DNA of 64,000 nucleotides from Trypethelium eluteriae (lineage: Eukaryota). The notes beneath the pieces were generated by a model. The model did no database searches and was not told the origin of the DNA. It saw only the letters and a program-made list of their open reading frames with translations. The stretch lies in the NCBI GenBank assembly GCA_051942245.1, contig JAVECL010000001.1, positions 124,001 through 188,000 on the forward strand, read 5' to 3'. The position numbers were made by a program, and so were the translations under genes. Positions 1-11,511 of the stretch are shown here, piece by piece (position 1 is the stretch's first letter; every line of letters begins with the position of its first letter).

Positions 1-509
1 ATTTTAAGCATGAAACTGCCGAAGAGTCAGTGTCAGTAGCTCGATGACATCGTTTTTACCCTCGACGCAACCTAAGCGTAGCTAACGCCGCTTTTCTATA
101 ATCTGCCATTATTCTTTCTCAGGGACCAAGAAGGGCCGTCACTTCTCAGCATCATGTGCTGTACGAAAGGTCCCTGCGTAATCATTTTTCTTCTGCGACT
201 ATAATAGATAATCAGCACCATTATGCATGTCAGACAACCAGTTATGATTATTGACAAGGCGAAAACCTCAAGCGCTTCGGGTTTTCTCCCACGAGTTTGT
301 TGAAAAGCAGACCTCCCATTCGACCGACATTTCATTTCCAAGTGAACTTTTGACCACTGTCCCCTCTTCCGCATCTTGTACTTAAATTGATTTAATAAAC
401 GATTTTGTTTGGTCACTATAGAACCTCGCATCTACAAAACCTAGAAGGACATCTATTCTACAGTAATCGGTATATCTGAAGATAAGCCCCAGCCATTGAC
501 GTTGGAGGA

Positions 510-1480
510 TTACTTCTTGCCATCGAACAGTCCTCTGACTTGATCCATGAGTCCACGTCTTTGCTGTATCATCTCTGACTCTCTCTTATTATCGGCCTGC
601 TCGCCCTCTACGGCTTCCCTTACTTTCTTGTCACCTTCTCTTGCGAGCGTCCCTGGTTCTTCCTGCACCTCCACTGCGGCCTTTCGATCTTCCTCATCCA
701 AAATCCTGTCAAAAGCCTGTACCTCCCTTTTCGTTTCCTCATCCACCTCTGGCTCCCCAATCGCCTCTGCCCTCTCCTGCAACGCATTTCCCTCGTCAAA
801 CCCCCTCTTTCCTGTCCCCTCCAATTCCTCCTCCACCGTATCCAGCATCCTCGCACGTCTCGCTTGACCCAGCCAATCCTTCTCCCGTTTCCCAATCCCA
901 AATCTCTTTCTCATCACCTCGGTCTGCAGGATCCTCCATCTCAGCGCCCACCCCGTTACCCCCAATTCTCGGATCCTTGCGCTCGTATTACTTCCGACCA
1001 AGTACTCATCCAATCCGCCGACTTTGTCGATTGTGCGCAGGACACGTGTGGCAACTCGGAGGCGGACCGGGCGTCCAAGGGCGCGTGAGTAGAGGCTGTG
1101 CGGCTGGATATTGGGATGCCAGGTTCGGCGGGTTTTGATGGCGAATTTCTCGCCGATATTGTTACCGTGTTGGATCATGAGGCCGCCGTAGAGACCTGCA
1201 GGCGAGCTTGTCAGTAGCCCGGCCAGTAGAATAGAGTTGGCGGAAGCAAGGCATAGGAGGCGGTATGGAAGTGACCTTTATTGGATTGCTTAAACCATCG
1301 CGCCGGGCCGTATGGATAATTAGGTATCTCACGCCGGTCTTTAGGAAGCACTCGTCGAAGGGCATTCTTAACGTAGATGGGGCGTGAAGACGTTATAGAG
1401 AAGGAGCGGCAAGTGGACCGTTGCGCTGAGCGAGTACAGCAGACAGCTGCAGGTCTGATTGATGTGCTCGATTGCATCAT
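510..1480 (-). CDS. MRPL24: Mitochondrial ribosomal protein bL28m (L24/L28 family); exons 1480-1276, 1195-510
   Basis: Spliced product reads ...[37 protein letters not shown]...LRTIDKVGGLDEYL, typical of L28. GT..CTGAC..CAG intron at 1275-1196. Ser/Arg-rich N-terminus resembles a mitochondrial presequence. Confidence 0.9.
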
Positions 1481-1781
1481 CGAATTTGAGATTGGAGGGG
1501 GAGAAAAATACAAAGACCTCTCCTGGAGCTGCGAGGTCTACGTAGGTGGATGTTAGTGGTGCTGTGGAGTTGCTACACTTGAAAAGTTCCGCCTCGGTGA
1601 ACATTTCGCCGCAATCAAGCTGCCAGACCTACCTAGCTGCCCACTGCTGTTCATACACCACGTCTCTCTCAGGATACTCATAGCGTATTCTAGTCTCTTG
1701 TAATCAAACATGACGACGAGATAGCAGCCCCTTTTGCGAGGCTGTTTACCTAGACAGCATTTAAGTGAAGATTTCGGCTGG

Positions 1782-2460
1782 ATGGCTTTCGTGCCGGATC
1801 GCCCTCCTCCTTCTACTGCGGCCGTGGCCCTTGCTACTGGCATTGTTGGACTAGTCACAGGCTATTTCATCGGACAAGGCTCTTCAATTGGTCTATTTGG
1901 TGGTTCGAAAACGTCAGAGTCAATGCTTGCAAGGGAGCTGGACGAAGATGAAGACGAAGACGAAGACGAAGATGAAGCAGAAGATGCGAAGCAGGAGTTT
2001 AGCACGTTCTCAGACAGCAATGAGGAATGCAAACTAGTGTTGGCAGTGAGGACAGATTTGGGTATGACCAAAGGTAAGAGGATTCGGGCTTTCGCCTAAT
2101 TCCAGCTTCTTTTTCAAAAGATACCACCTAACGCTTAAATGACTCTTTCTAGGCAAAATCGCGGCCCAATGTTCTCACGCCACGCTTGCTTGCTACAAGG
2201 CATTCCTCCGCCAGTCTCCAGACTCATCCATACTCAAGCGCTGGGAACGCTACGGGCAAGCAAAGATTGCAGTGCAAGTCAAGAGCGAGGATGATCTTCT
2301 GATGCTGCAGGCCCAGGCAGTCAGTCTGGGCATTTGCGCCCAAGTTATACATGATGCAGGACGGACACAAATCGCCAGTGGAAGCGCTACAGTTCTTGGG
2401 GTCGGGCCGGCACCGAAAGGGATGGTAGACCAGGTTACGGGCCATTTGAAACTGTTGTGA
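1782..2460 (+). CDS. PTH2: Peptidyl-tRNA hydrolase 2; exons 1782-2073, 2153-2460
   Basis: CKLVLAVRTDLGMTKGKIAAQCSHA and IHDAGRTQIASGSATVLGVGP motifs; N-terminal TM helix and acidic DE run; intron 2074-2152. Confidence 0.95.
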
Positions 2461-3166
2461 GGCGAGTTTGGAGGCTCTAGGCTATCAGCGGTTATAAGAG
2501 AATGGCGCGAAAGGCAAGATGCTATTTATGCCAGTCCCAGCCAGGCGGTCGGACTCTGCCAAAGGCTAGTGCACGAACGAAATTGTTGATAATCACAGCT
2601 TTTGGTACTTGATCTTCGTTTCAAATTGAAGCATGAGAAACCCCTAGACACGGGATATAAGGAATGTACGCAGCCATGGTTTTTCTAAGCATCACAGCAC
2701 AACGCGCATCAGCCGTAGACCAGAATATGGCGCGCCTGGTCATCCCAACACTTACCGAGCTCACCCACAGGGAGCTCAGGCAGGGAGTCAGAATGCCATG
2801 TCGGTCTGAGATCTGTCGGCTGGAAGATTGACACCACATAGGTTTGGATGGCTCCTTGATGCCGAACTGTCCCGGACTCAGACCAAACAAGACCCAATGA
2901 CCAAAGCCAAAGTGTGCTGGGAGTTCTGGACACAGATCTGGGGAAGAAAAAATTTGATGGTGTTGCGTGGAAGGTTATAAAGGCTTCCGACGAACCACTA
3001 GTCTCATAATGGTAAGGTGGATTCTTGCCGCATCCTTACCTAGGTAGGCACTTGCGCACCCGCAACTTCGCCTTATTTCTATCCAACCCCCAACTTGCTC
3101 GTCGCATAGGGAGCTTCACTTTGGTCTATCAATCGAGAGCTCAGTTGTTCTACTTCATCGCGCAAA

Positions 3167-5176
3167 ATGGCAGAAGGCTTGGATCTTGAGGAAGCCAACC
3201 GGGTCCGCAAGGCCCTTGGTATGGCACCACTGCCAGTAAGTGGCACCTCTTCAGGTCCAGTGTTCAAGGAATCCAAAGATGATAACAGCTCCTCCGATGA
3301 AGACGAGCCTGCAAGTACCCTAGAAACGCGTGAGGCTGCGGGTTTCAATAATTGGGAAAAACTCAAAGGGGAACAAGAGGCAAGAGCCAAACGTGAAGCC
3401 CAGAAAGAAGCTATTAGAAAGGCACGGGAGCATGCGCAGCGGTTCTCAAAACTTGAAGGCAAGGGACTAGGTGAAGCAGATGATGCTGGTGATGTCGACA
3501 CAAAGACCTGGCTGAGACAGCAAAAGAAGAGACAGAAGCAGATTGACAAGGCAAGGCGGTTGGAGGAAGAGTTGGCGGAGCGAGAGAAGCAGGCGGCGTA
3601 TACATCAGCAGACTTGGCTGGTGTCCGAGTCGGACATGAGGTCGATGCATTTGGCGAGGAAGCCGAACATATTCTCACACTTAAGGACACAGCGGTTGAT
3701 GACGAGGATGAGCAGGATGAGCTTGAGAACCTTGACCTAAAAGAGCGCGAGAAGCTACATGAAAAGCTCGAACTCAAGAAAAATAAACCTGCTTACAATC
3801 CAAACGACGTCGCCGCCGCCGCCGAGAAAAAGTCCTTGCTCGGGCAATACGACGAAGTCATCGACGGCAAGAAAGAGAAGAGGTTCACCCTCGATGGACA
3901 AGGCAGCACGAGAGAAGTACCAAAGTTAGAGGAAGACTTGGCGCCTAGGCAAAAGGGTGTTAAGATCAGTCTAGATCTATTCAAAGATGAAACTCCCATC
4001 TCGGACTATGTGGATCCTTCCGAAATCAAAGTCAAGAAACCGAAAAAGAAGAAATCAAAATCAACACGTCAGAGACCAGTTGACGAAGATGAAGACAAGT
4101 TCCAAATGACGGATTTTGCGGCATCTGCGAACGCCATGGACGCTGACGGAGCTGGCCCAGGCCCACACAAAAAGCGAAATCTTGATGATTTTAATGATGA
4201 TGAAGACTTGCAAGCCCAGCTAGCTCAGCAACGACGTCAGGCTTTGAAGAAGCGCAAAAAGATGCGTCCCGAGGATGTTGCTCAACAACTGCGGGAAGAA
4301 GGCTCTGCGACCCCCGCTCCTGTCTCAACCATCGAAGACAGAGAGGAGGAGCCTGGTCTCATTCTTGACGAAACTTCTGAATTCGTTGCTAATTTACAGA
4401 ACCCTGTGGAAAAGGAACCCCATCGTCGATCATATGCTCACGCTCCATCTGCGCCGAGCGGCTCTCCCTTCTCTGACGAGGAGGCAAGCAAGGGCGGGCC
4501 TGACGATTCCTATGATGCTGTTGCGTCAGACGAGGAGGGATCTAAAGCTCGCATTAGACGCGAGTCTTCCACAAACGGCCAGGAAATCACCAATACTGGT
4601 CTCGCCGAGGAAGAAACGGTCAACGGCAGCATAGGCGGTCTCCTGAATATGCTAACGAATCGTGGTCTTATCGACCGCCGTCCTGAGGAGCATGACCTCA
4701 ATCAGCAACTTCGCGACCGTCAGGCCTTCCTTTACCGCAAGCAGAAGCGTGAGGAGGAGATTGAACGTAAAGCACGTGAACAGCGCGAGCGAGATAGGAA
4801 ATCGGGTCGTTTGGATCGCATGTCCAACCGGGAGCGCGAGGAATATGCACGTCAGACGAACCAAAGCCGTGAGGCACTTGAATCCCGCACCACCTCTACT
4901 ATTTTCGAGAAGGAATACAAGCCCAATTTCGAGCTCAAGTACGTGGATGATTTCGGACGGCACATGAATGAAAAGGAGGCTTTCAAACATCTTAGTCATC
5001 AGTTTCACGGCAAGGGCAGTGGGAAGCAAAAGCAGGAGAAGCATCTGAAGAAGGTTGCGGACGAGAAGAAGAGAGAGGCGCAAAGCGCGTTGGATAGCAG
5101 CCAGGCTACAGGAATGAACAATGTGGGCGCTATCAATGCAAAGAAGAATCGGTCTGCGGGTGTGAGGCTGCAATAG
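3167..5176 (+). CDS. SNU66: U4/U6.U5 tri-snRNP protein SART-1/Snu66
   Basis: N-terminal HIND-like motif (LDLEEANRVRKALGMAPL), LTLKD, and C-terminal YVDDFGR...KEAFKHLSHQFHGKGSGKQK; single-exon 669-aa ORF. Confidence 0.95.
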   Translation: MAEGLDLEEANRVRKALGMAPLPVSGTSSGPVFKESKDDNSSSDEDEPASTLETREAAGFNNWEKLKGEQEARAKREAQKEAIRKAREHAQRFSKLEGKGLGEADDAGDVDTKTWLRQQKKRQKQIDKARRLEEELAEREKQAAYTSADLAGVRVGHEVDAFGEEAEHILTLKDTAVDDEDEQDELENLDLKEREKLHEKLELKKNKPAYNPNDVAAAAEKKSLLGQYDEVIDGKKEKRFTLDGQGSTREVPKLEEDLAPRQKGVKISLDLFKDETPISDYVDPSEIKVKKPKKKKSKSTRQRPVDEDEDKFQMTDFAASANAMDADGAGPGPHKKRNLDDFNDDEDLQAQLAQQRRQALKKRKKMRPEDVAQQLREEGSATPAPVSTIEDREEEPGLILDETSEFVANLQNPVEKEPHRRSYAHAPSAPSGSPFSDEEASKGGPDDSYDAVASDEEGSKARIRRESSTNGQEITNTGLAEEETVNGSIGGLLNMLTNRGLIDRRPEEHDLNQQLRDRQAFLYRKQKREEEIERKAREQRERDRKSGRLDRMSNREREEYARQTNQSREALESRTTSTIFEKEYKPNFELKYVDDFGRHMNEKEAFKHLSHQFHGKGSGKQKQEKHLKKVADEKKREAQSALDSSQATGMNNVGAINAKKNRSAGVRLQ

Positions 5177-5987
5177 TTGACGCTATGTTGGTGACTGCGT
5201 GCGAGCTGTCCCCGCGCTTTGGGCGCCCAGACTTGCTACGAAGGGCAAGTAGATGAGGCACTCGGTCATAGTTGAGCCTCAATCAGACAACGAGCATTTC
5301 GATACAAGTGGCAGAGAGGGACAACGATCACTTTGGTCTTGGCCATCATTTATACTTATTAGACACCATTGTATCGTCTCTCAATAATTATCGACGTTTA
5401 GCCCATCGACAAATTTATATAATGGAAGGGAGGATCACCCCTTGCGGCCGACCAGGCAAGCTATAATCACTTTGCAAATTCATAGATCGCAAGTGTAGAT
5501 AATTCCTAAGGATGCCGAGCCAGCATAGAATTGGAACACGAGAGGGAAAGTGTATTGCAATTTATACGTGAGTGGGTACGTGGACAATAGACACCAATGA
5601 TTCATAATATTAGTCTCATAAGCATGCCGACACCCAAGCCTTGGGCTTGTGGCATCATTCCTATGCAAGGTCGAGAGTACTGCTCTCCAAACAATAGCCA
5701 CCAGACATCAGCAATAGGAGATCTAATTCCAATATAGAAACGATGGCAACATGCAGAGGGATTTCAAGTATGGGCAAACAGATTTTTGACATCCAAACTG
5801 GCTCAATTTGCGCACTCAATTCCAGAAGTTGTGCCCATTACATCGTCCCATATAATTGTAGCTGCATAACCAGAGGGTATTCAAACCTCCTCTATTCTCC
5901 AAATAAGGCGTCAGAAACTTAGAACGAACAATTCTCCGGTGAAACTCCTGCATTCATTCATGTAATCCAACATTTAAACCCCTACAC

Positions 5988-8263
5988 TTATTTTTTCTTG
6001 GAAGCTTGGACAGTCTCGATGATCTTATCAACAACACTTGGGTCAGACAGCTGAACTTAGTTAGTGATCTGCTTCAAACGGATTTCTTCCATGTACGAGA
6101 ATCAAGACACATACCGTGCTTGTGTCTCCCAGTTGGTCTTCTTCGCCTGCTAGAATCTTCCTCAGAATTCTCCTCATGATTTTCCCGCTCCTCGTCTTCG
6201 GCAAATCTGGCACGACAAAGACAGCTTTCGGGGCGGCGAAAGGCCCAATGCTCTTCCGGACCTGCATTATCATGTCCTTTCTCAGCTCTGGACTGTTCGG
6301 ATCGTTAGTCGAAGGGTCCTTGATGGCAACGAACGCATTGACAGCTTGGCCAGTGAGTTCATCTTGGATACCGACGACGGCGGCTTCCGCAACGGCGTGA
6401 TGCTCGATAAGCGCGGCCTCAATTTCAGCAGTGGAGAGGCGGTGACCAGATACATTAACAACATCGTCGACACGACCTCGGATCCAGTAGTAGCCCTCGT
6501 GGTCACGACCAGCGCCGTCTCCGGTGAACTGCGCTTTGCGTGAGTTTCAATCCCGTGCGAAGGCGGTCGGACAAATCATGGAAGACACTTACGTAGTAGC
6601 CCTTGTACACATTCAAGTAAGTATCCATGTACCGCTTGTGTGCGCCCCAAACGGTACGTGCCATACTTGGCCAAGGTTGCTTAAAGGCAAGGACGCCTTC
6701 AACATCATTGCCATGGATTTCTTCGCCAGAGACTGGATCAATGATGGCGGGCTCAATGCCGAAAAAGGGTAGCGATGCACTGCCGGGCTTGGTAGGCGTG
6801 ATGCCTCCGAGAGGAGTAATAACGTGAGAACCAGTCTCCGTTTGCCAATAAGTCTGTACCAAACGTTGAGTTTTTCTGTGAAGAGTGAATGCCAGGACGG
6901 AGAGGGATGACGTACGTCAACGATATGTGCTGCCTCCTTCCCGACGATTTCGAAGTACCACTTCCACACCTCTGCCGCAATCGGCTCACCTACACTACCC
7001 AGCACCCTTAAGTGCTTCATCTCATGCTTGACATGTTCATCACCCGCCCTCTTCAATAACCGCAGGGCTGTCGGTGCTACATAGAATTGAGTAACATTGT
7101 GCTTCTCAATCACATCCCAATATCTGCTGAAGTTGGGATAGGCGGGAGTACCCTCGAACACTACAGTCGCAACACCCAGCAGTAGCGGTGCATAGACAAC
7201 ATAAGTATGGCCTGTAATCCAGCCGACATCACCACCACAGAAGAAGATGTCACTGTCATGGATATCGAAGACATATTTGCCCGTCATGGCGGCACCCAGC
7301 AGGTACCCAGCAGTCGTGTGCATGACGCCTTTCGGCTTACCCGTTGAACCAGATGTGTACAGCAGGAACAAGGGGTCCTCTGAGCTCATAGACTCAGGAG
7401 CAATATAGGCAGGGTATTTCTCCGTCTCCTCCGACCACCACCAATCTCGCCCTTTCGTCATGGGCACCTCGGCACCTGTACGCTTGGACACAAGGCAATG
7501 TGTTACATTCGGACACTGCTTGAGCGCTTCGTCTACAATTTTCTTGGTACCTATGACTTTACCACCCCGCTTGCCCTCGTCCGTGGTGATGACGACCTTG
7601 CTCTGAGCATCGAGGATACGATCTCGTAAGGAGTCGGATGAAAACCCGGCGAAGACGACGGAGTGCACAGCTCCAATTCGTGTACACGCAAGGAAAGCAA
7701 TGAGTGCCTCGGGGATCATGGGCAAGTACAAAGCTACCGTGTCGCCCTTTTGCACGCCCATCTGCTTGAGGACGTAACTGAGCTTGGAAACTTCGCGGAG
7801 GAGCTCAGCATATGTGATTGTTCGGCCCTCATCCGCCTCATCGGCTTCGTAGATGATAGCTGGTTTGTTTGGGTGCTTGGCAACATGTCGGTCAATGCAG
7901 TTGTAGGAGGCATTGAGGCGGCCTTCGAGGAACCAGGCATTGTCGCCGTGCTCGAAGGTACCGGTGTGGACAGTTTGGAAATCGCGCTCCCAAGACAGGA
8001 GGTCTCTAGCCTGGTGGGCCCAGAATTTGTGGGGTTGCTCAATTGATTCCTTGTAAAGCTTCTTGTACTCATCAAGATCTTTGAGGTGGGGTTGCTTGGG
8101 ATGCTTCCTGCGAGCACACAGTCAACCCCTCGCACCCCCGCAACCAGCGCGACAAAGAAAGCAGTGTGACTTACTGGAAGAAGGCTTTCGGGACGTGAAA
8201 AGTGTCAACGGCATGGGCTTCGGCAACCACAGGATGAGGTGGTTTAGCATCGCCTTCGGACAT
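5988..8263 (-). CDS. facA: Acetyl-CoA synthetase (acetate-CoA ligase); exons 8263-8175, 8107-6916, 6853-6593, 6528-6115, 6050-5988
   Basis: AMP-binding motif [21 protein letters not shown] and [12 protein letters not shown]; four canonical introns restore the frame. Confidence 0.97.
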
Positions 8264-8297
8264 GTTGAAGTAGTGGCACGTGGGAAGACAATTGAGG

Positions 8298-8698
8298 GTG
8301 GAGAGGCGTAGCTGCAGGAAGGAAACCAATGCCAGGGACGTATGCCGAAGCTCAGGCAGCTTTATATAGGACCGGCCGGGGGTGTCCAGAGATCCAATGA
8401 AGAAGAGGGAGCGGCAGGCGGCGTTCTAGGCGAAGCTATTGCGGCTATCATACAGAGCAATGCCGCCTGAAGGGGGTGAAGGCTCCCCGCATCACTCCAT
8501 CCGGTGCACCGAAGGCGGAGGAGCGCTGCGTCATCCTCATCCTGCTTCCATCCTTATTCTCATTTGCCTATGTTGACCTGCGTCCCGTCTTGAGCTCCAT
8601 CAGAGCCAGCCAATGAAGTCGCCATCGCTCAATGCTGGAGGCGAGGGCACCGGGAGTCGTGAGAGTACGGAGTACCCTGGTAGTTATGCCCAGCGGAG
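8298..8698 (-). promoter_or_regulatory. Acetyl-CoA synthetase promoter: TATATAAA (8368-8361) and several CreA/Mig1-type SYGGRG sites
   Basis: TATA box about 100 nt upstream of the ATG. SYGGRG matches at 8298-8303, 8376-8381, 8490-8485, 8515-8520, 8635-8640 and 8693-8698. Carbon-catabolite repression of ACS is established, but the motif is short. Confidence 0.5.
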
Positions 8699-9869
8699 CA
8701 GATCTGACCGAGGGTGTGCGGAAGATCTCGCGTGCAGCATGAAGCTTACGCTGCCCCATGCGTGCTTACCCTGATACATGTAATACTCTACTCTATCTAC
8801 CTACCTATACCTACCTAGGTAGGGTGGTAGGTAATGATAATAAGACAGCACACGGCTGAATCCGGCGCACGTATCTTCCTAGTTTCACACAGGGTAATAT
8901 GTTTCGGCTCTCAGAGATACATCTCTCGACCGACTTCGTTCTCAAGGGAACCCATCTGTTTCTTACACTTGGATAAGTACCGATGTATTGTGAGCCTTTC
9001 TCTGAACGCCCCTGAGGAATTTACAGAGATGGCTATGGGGGACCAATTGATCGTGGCCGATGCATTGTGACACACACCGTTGAAGCACTGAATGAATGAC
9101 TACAGGAGCAGTCCAAAGGAACACAAGCAGTCACGTAGTACGTCAATAGATCCGTTTATTCCGTGCCTGATGGCCAGCAGATTTTCCAGCCGTCAATCCT
9201 ATCACGAACCCGGTGATCCAACTTTTACTCGCGAGACTTGGCAACTGCACCGCCGCAGACGTTGATACTAACGGCCATGCGTTCATACGTCTTGGCCGAT
9301 TCATGAATTTAGAGGTAGTCCGAGTCAATTATGTTATCAATCTTTGCTATTGGGCTAATCTACAGGAGTGTGGATGGCGCTGTTGGAAGCGACATTCGTG
9401 GTGAGGCAGGCAGGCTGAAAAGCCAGTTTGGTGATAACTGCTTGGTATGAAATGAAAGTGTGAATCTGACTGTTTCAATGATTGTACGAGAGTAGCAGGA
9501 GATTACAACGAACGCACACTGGGAATCGAACAAAAACGAGTTAGGAAGCGAAATCAAAGGTCGAAACCATGAAGGTTGATGAAAATGATACCAACAAACG
9601 TACATATACCGTCTTACAGATCAATGCTTCGGGATAACCCGATTTAGGCATTTTGAGGTGACTCTTAGAGCAGAGGTCTCCCGGTCCGAGCTCTCGAGAA
9701 GGTGATTCGAAGGGCTTTAATGGCTTCATGACATTAATCTGAACCGGCTAGAAAAGTCTCATGCTACCTCATACAAAAGCTAAGAAGACATCACATCGAA
9801 TCGACAAATAAGCTCCAAAACGCCTTGCAACCGAAGCCATGGAAATTGATATCATCCATTACAGTTCCC

Positions 9870-10841
9870 TCAGCGACGAAAGAATGGAGACCGACTCCGG
9901 GAGCGACCGATCAGCTGGAGTGTGATGATCAGTATCGGAGTTGCCGTGGGAAAGTCTACAAAGCTGTCAATGGCTTCGGTCGAGGCACTGGCCGTATTGG
10001 CCGTCTTTGCCGTCTCGCGAGCCGCGTCGTCTGGCGGGTACTTGGCTAGGTAGATCTTGACACAATTAGCATCGCATTTTCCGTCCGACATCTTGACCTG
10101 TGTCAGACACTCGATATAGTCGGCGAGAAGCAGTCGAATGCCACTGCTACCAAGCTGCTGTCGGGCCCACGCCCAGACTCGCTCCGGTTCTACCTTCGGG
10201 GCATCTAAGTGCCAGTGCCATCTTCTATGACCGCAGGCCAGCGCATCGGCAGTCTCGAGCTGCAGCTCTTGGTCCCGCGAGCCCTGGGGGTTTTGGTCAA
10301 TCATGGAGCATAGCGCCTCAGCGAGCTTTTTCGAGTAGCCTGGTGTGAGTGTGAATCCATCTCCAAGCTTATTTTTTTCATCGTCCTTGGTGTACTTGTA
10401 CGTGGCAATGACGTTAGCAGTTCCCCTGAAAATGCAGGGCGGCTGGCCTGGGATGGGTTCGTCCTGCTCTCGCACACGCCAGCCATGTATGGCAGGGTAG
10501 CGACCCCCGTCTACTCTGCCCTTGATGAAACCGTGTTGCCTGGCCGTGCCGCCCGGGATTTGGGAAGACTGGGTTGGAGCGGAAGTGGCAGCTGCATCGC
10601 ATTCATCTGGACTGCTCATGGAGTTGCTGGGAGGCTTGAGAAGACGGCCGGTTTTGGTCGGTTTGGTAGAGGTCGGTTGGCCATGGGAAGCAACTGTCGA
10701 CGTGGCTGGAGTAGTAGAAATCTCCGGTGTAGCACTGGCGGGCGTCGCCCTCGCTTGCGGGACCGGGGCCTTATCGGCTTTAGAGGTACCCTTTCCCTCC
10801 TTTCTATCCTCAACCATCCTTCTGTCAACAGGCTGAGCCAT
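9870..10841 (-). CDS. Hypothetical protein (~320 aa): low-complexity N-half, globular-looking C-half
   Basis: Long ORF 9870-10856 with first in-frame ATG at about 10841; no recognisable family; start uncertain. Confidence 0.5.
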   Translation of the reverse strand: MAQPVDRRMVEDRKEGKGTSKADKAPVPQARATPASATPEISTTPATSTVASHGQPTSTKPTKTGRLLKPPSNSMSSPDECDAAATSAPTQSSQIPGGTARQHGFIKGRVDGGRYPAIHGWRVREQDEPIPGQPPCIFRGTANVIATYKYTKDDEKNKLGDGFTLTPGYSKKLAEALCSMIDQNPQGSRDQELQLETADALACGHRRWHWHLDAPKVEPERVWAWARQQLGSSGIRLLLADYIECLTQVKMSDGKCDANCVKIYLAKYPPDDAARETAKTANTASASTEAIDSFVDFPTATPILIITLQLIGRSRSRSPFFRR

Positions 10842-11511
10842 CTGCCCTTCTCTCACTAGCGTTCGTTACGCTCCTCGGAACAAATTCGTACTCATGCAAA
10901 ATGCCATCCCTTTATGCCCTCGGGATGATTGAAACGGTGAAAGAAGTCGTCAAGCGAGGAACGTCCTCTTTGTGAATGCTCGTAATCCGACTCCGCTTGC
11001 GGTCAGACTGAACAAAGGTACAGGACAAAAGCAACCTGGCTTGCCTGTACGTAAACCTTTTCACAGCTCTTGATGAGGGACTTTGGTTCAAGGGCGTGTA
11101 TCGGTGCTTTGTATGCTGTTCCTTTGCGGACTCACTAACTTCCTTGAAACGCAACAAAGATGAGTCGTTCACATTATAGACTCACTGCATCGCCCTAGAA
11201 AGAGGTGGAGAGGACTGGTGCTGTTAGTAACAATGTGAGCCGCACTATATCGCCGTATTATCGTGTTATTCGTAGATGCATGAGCAATGTCCCGGTCCTC
11301 TCACCCGCTGGCGATCCTGAATCTGCCGCTCACCTGACAGATGTCATTTGACTTAGCAGGTGGGACGACCTGGCTCATAGATTTGCTCATCTGATAGGGC
11401 CAAAGTATGCATATGGACCTAGGTAGTCAATCACTCATAAGGTAATAACAGATACAATACCGGTATTTACACATTTACACTCCAGCAACTTAGGTAGTCT
11501 TTCCTCTATAC

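Noticed and set aside
5982..6060. Cryptic peroxisomal (PTS1) isoform of acetyl-CoA synthetase
   Set aside because: The protein ends ASKKK; the stop is TAA followed by GTG TAG, and no SKL-like extension arises.
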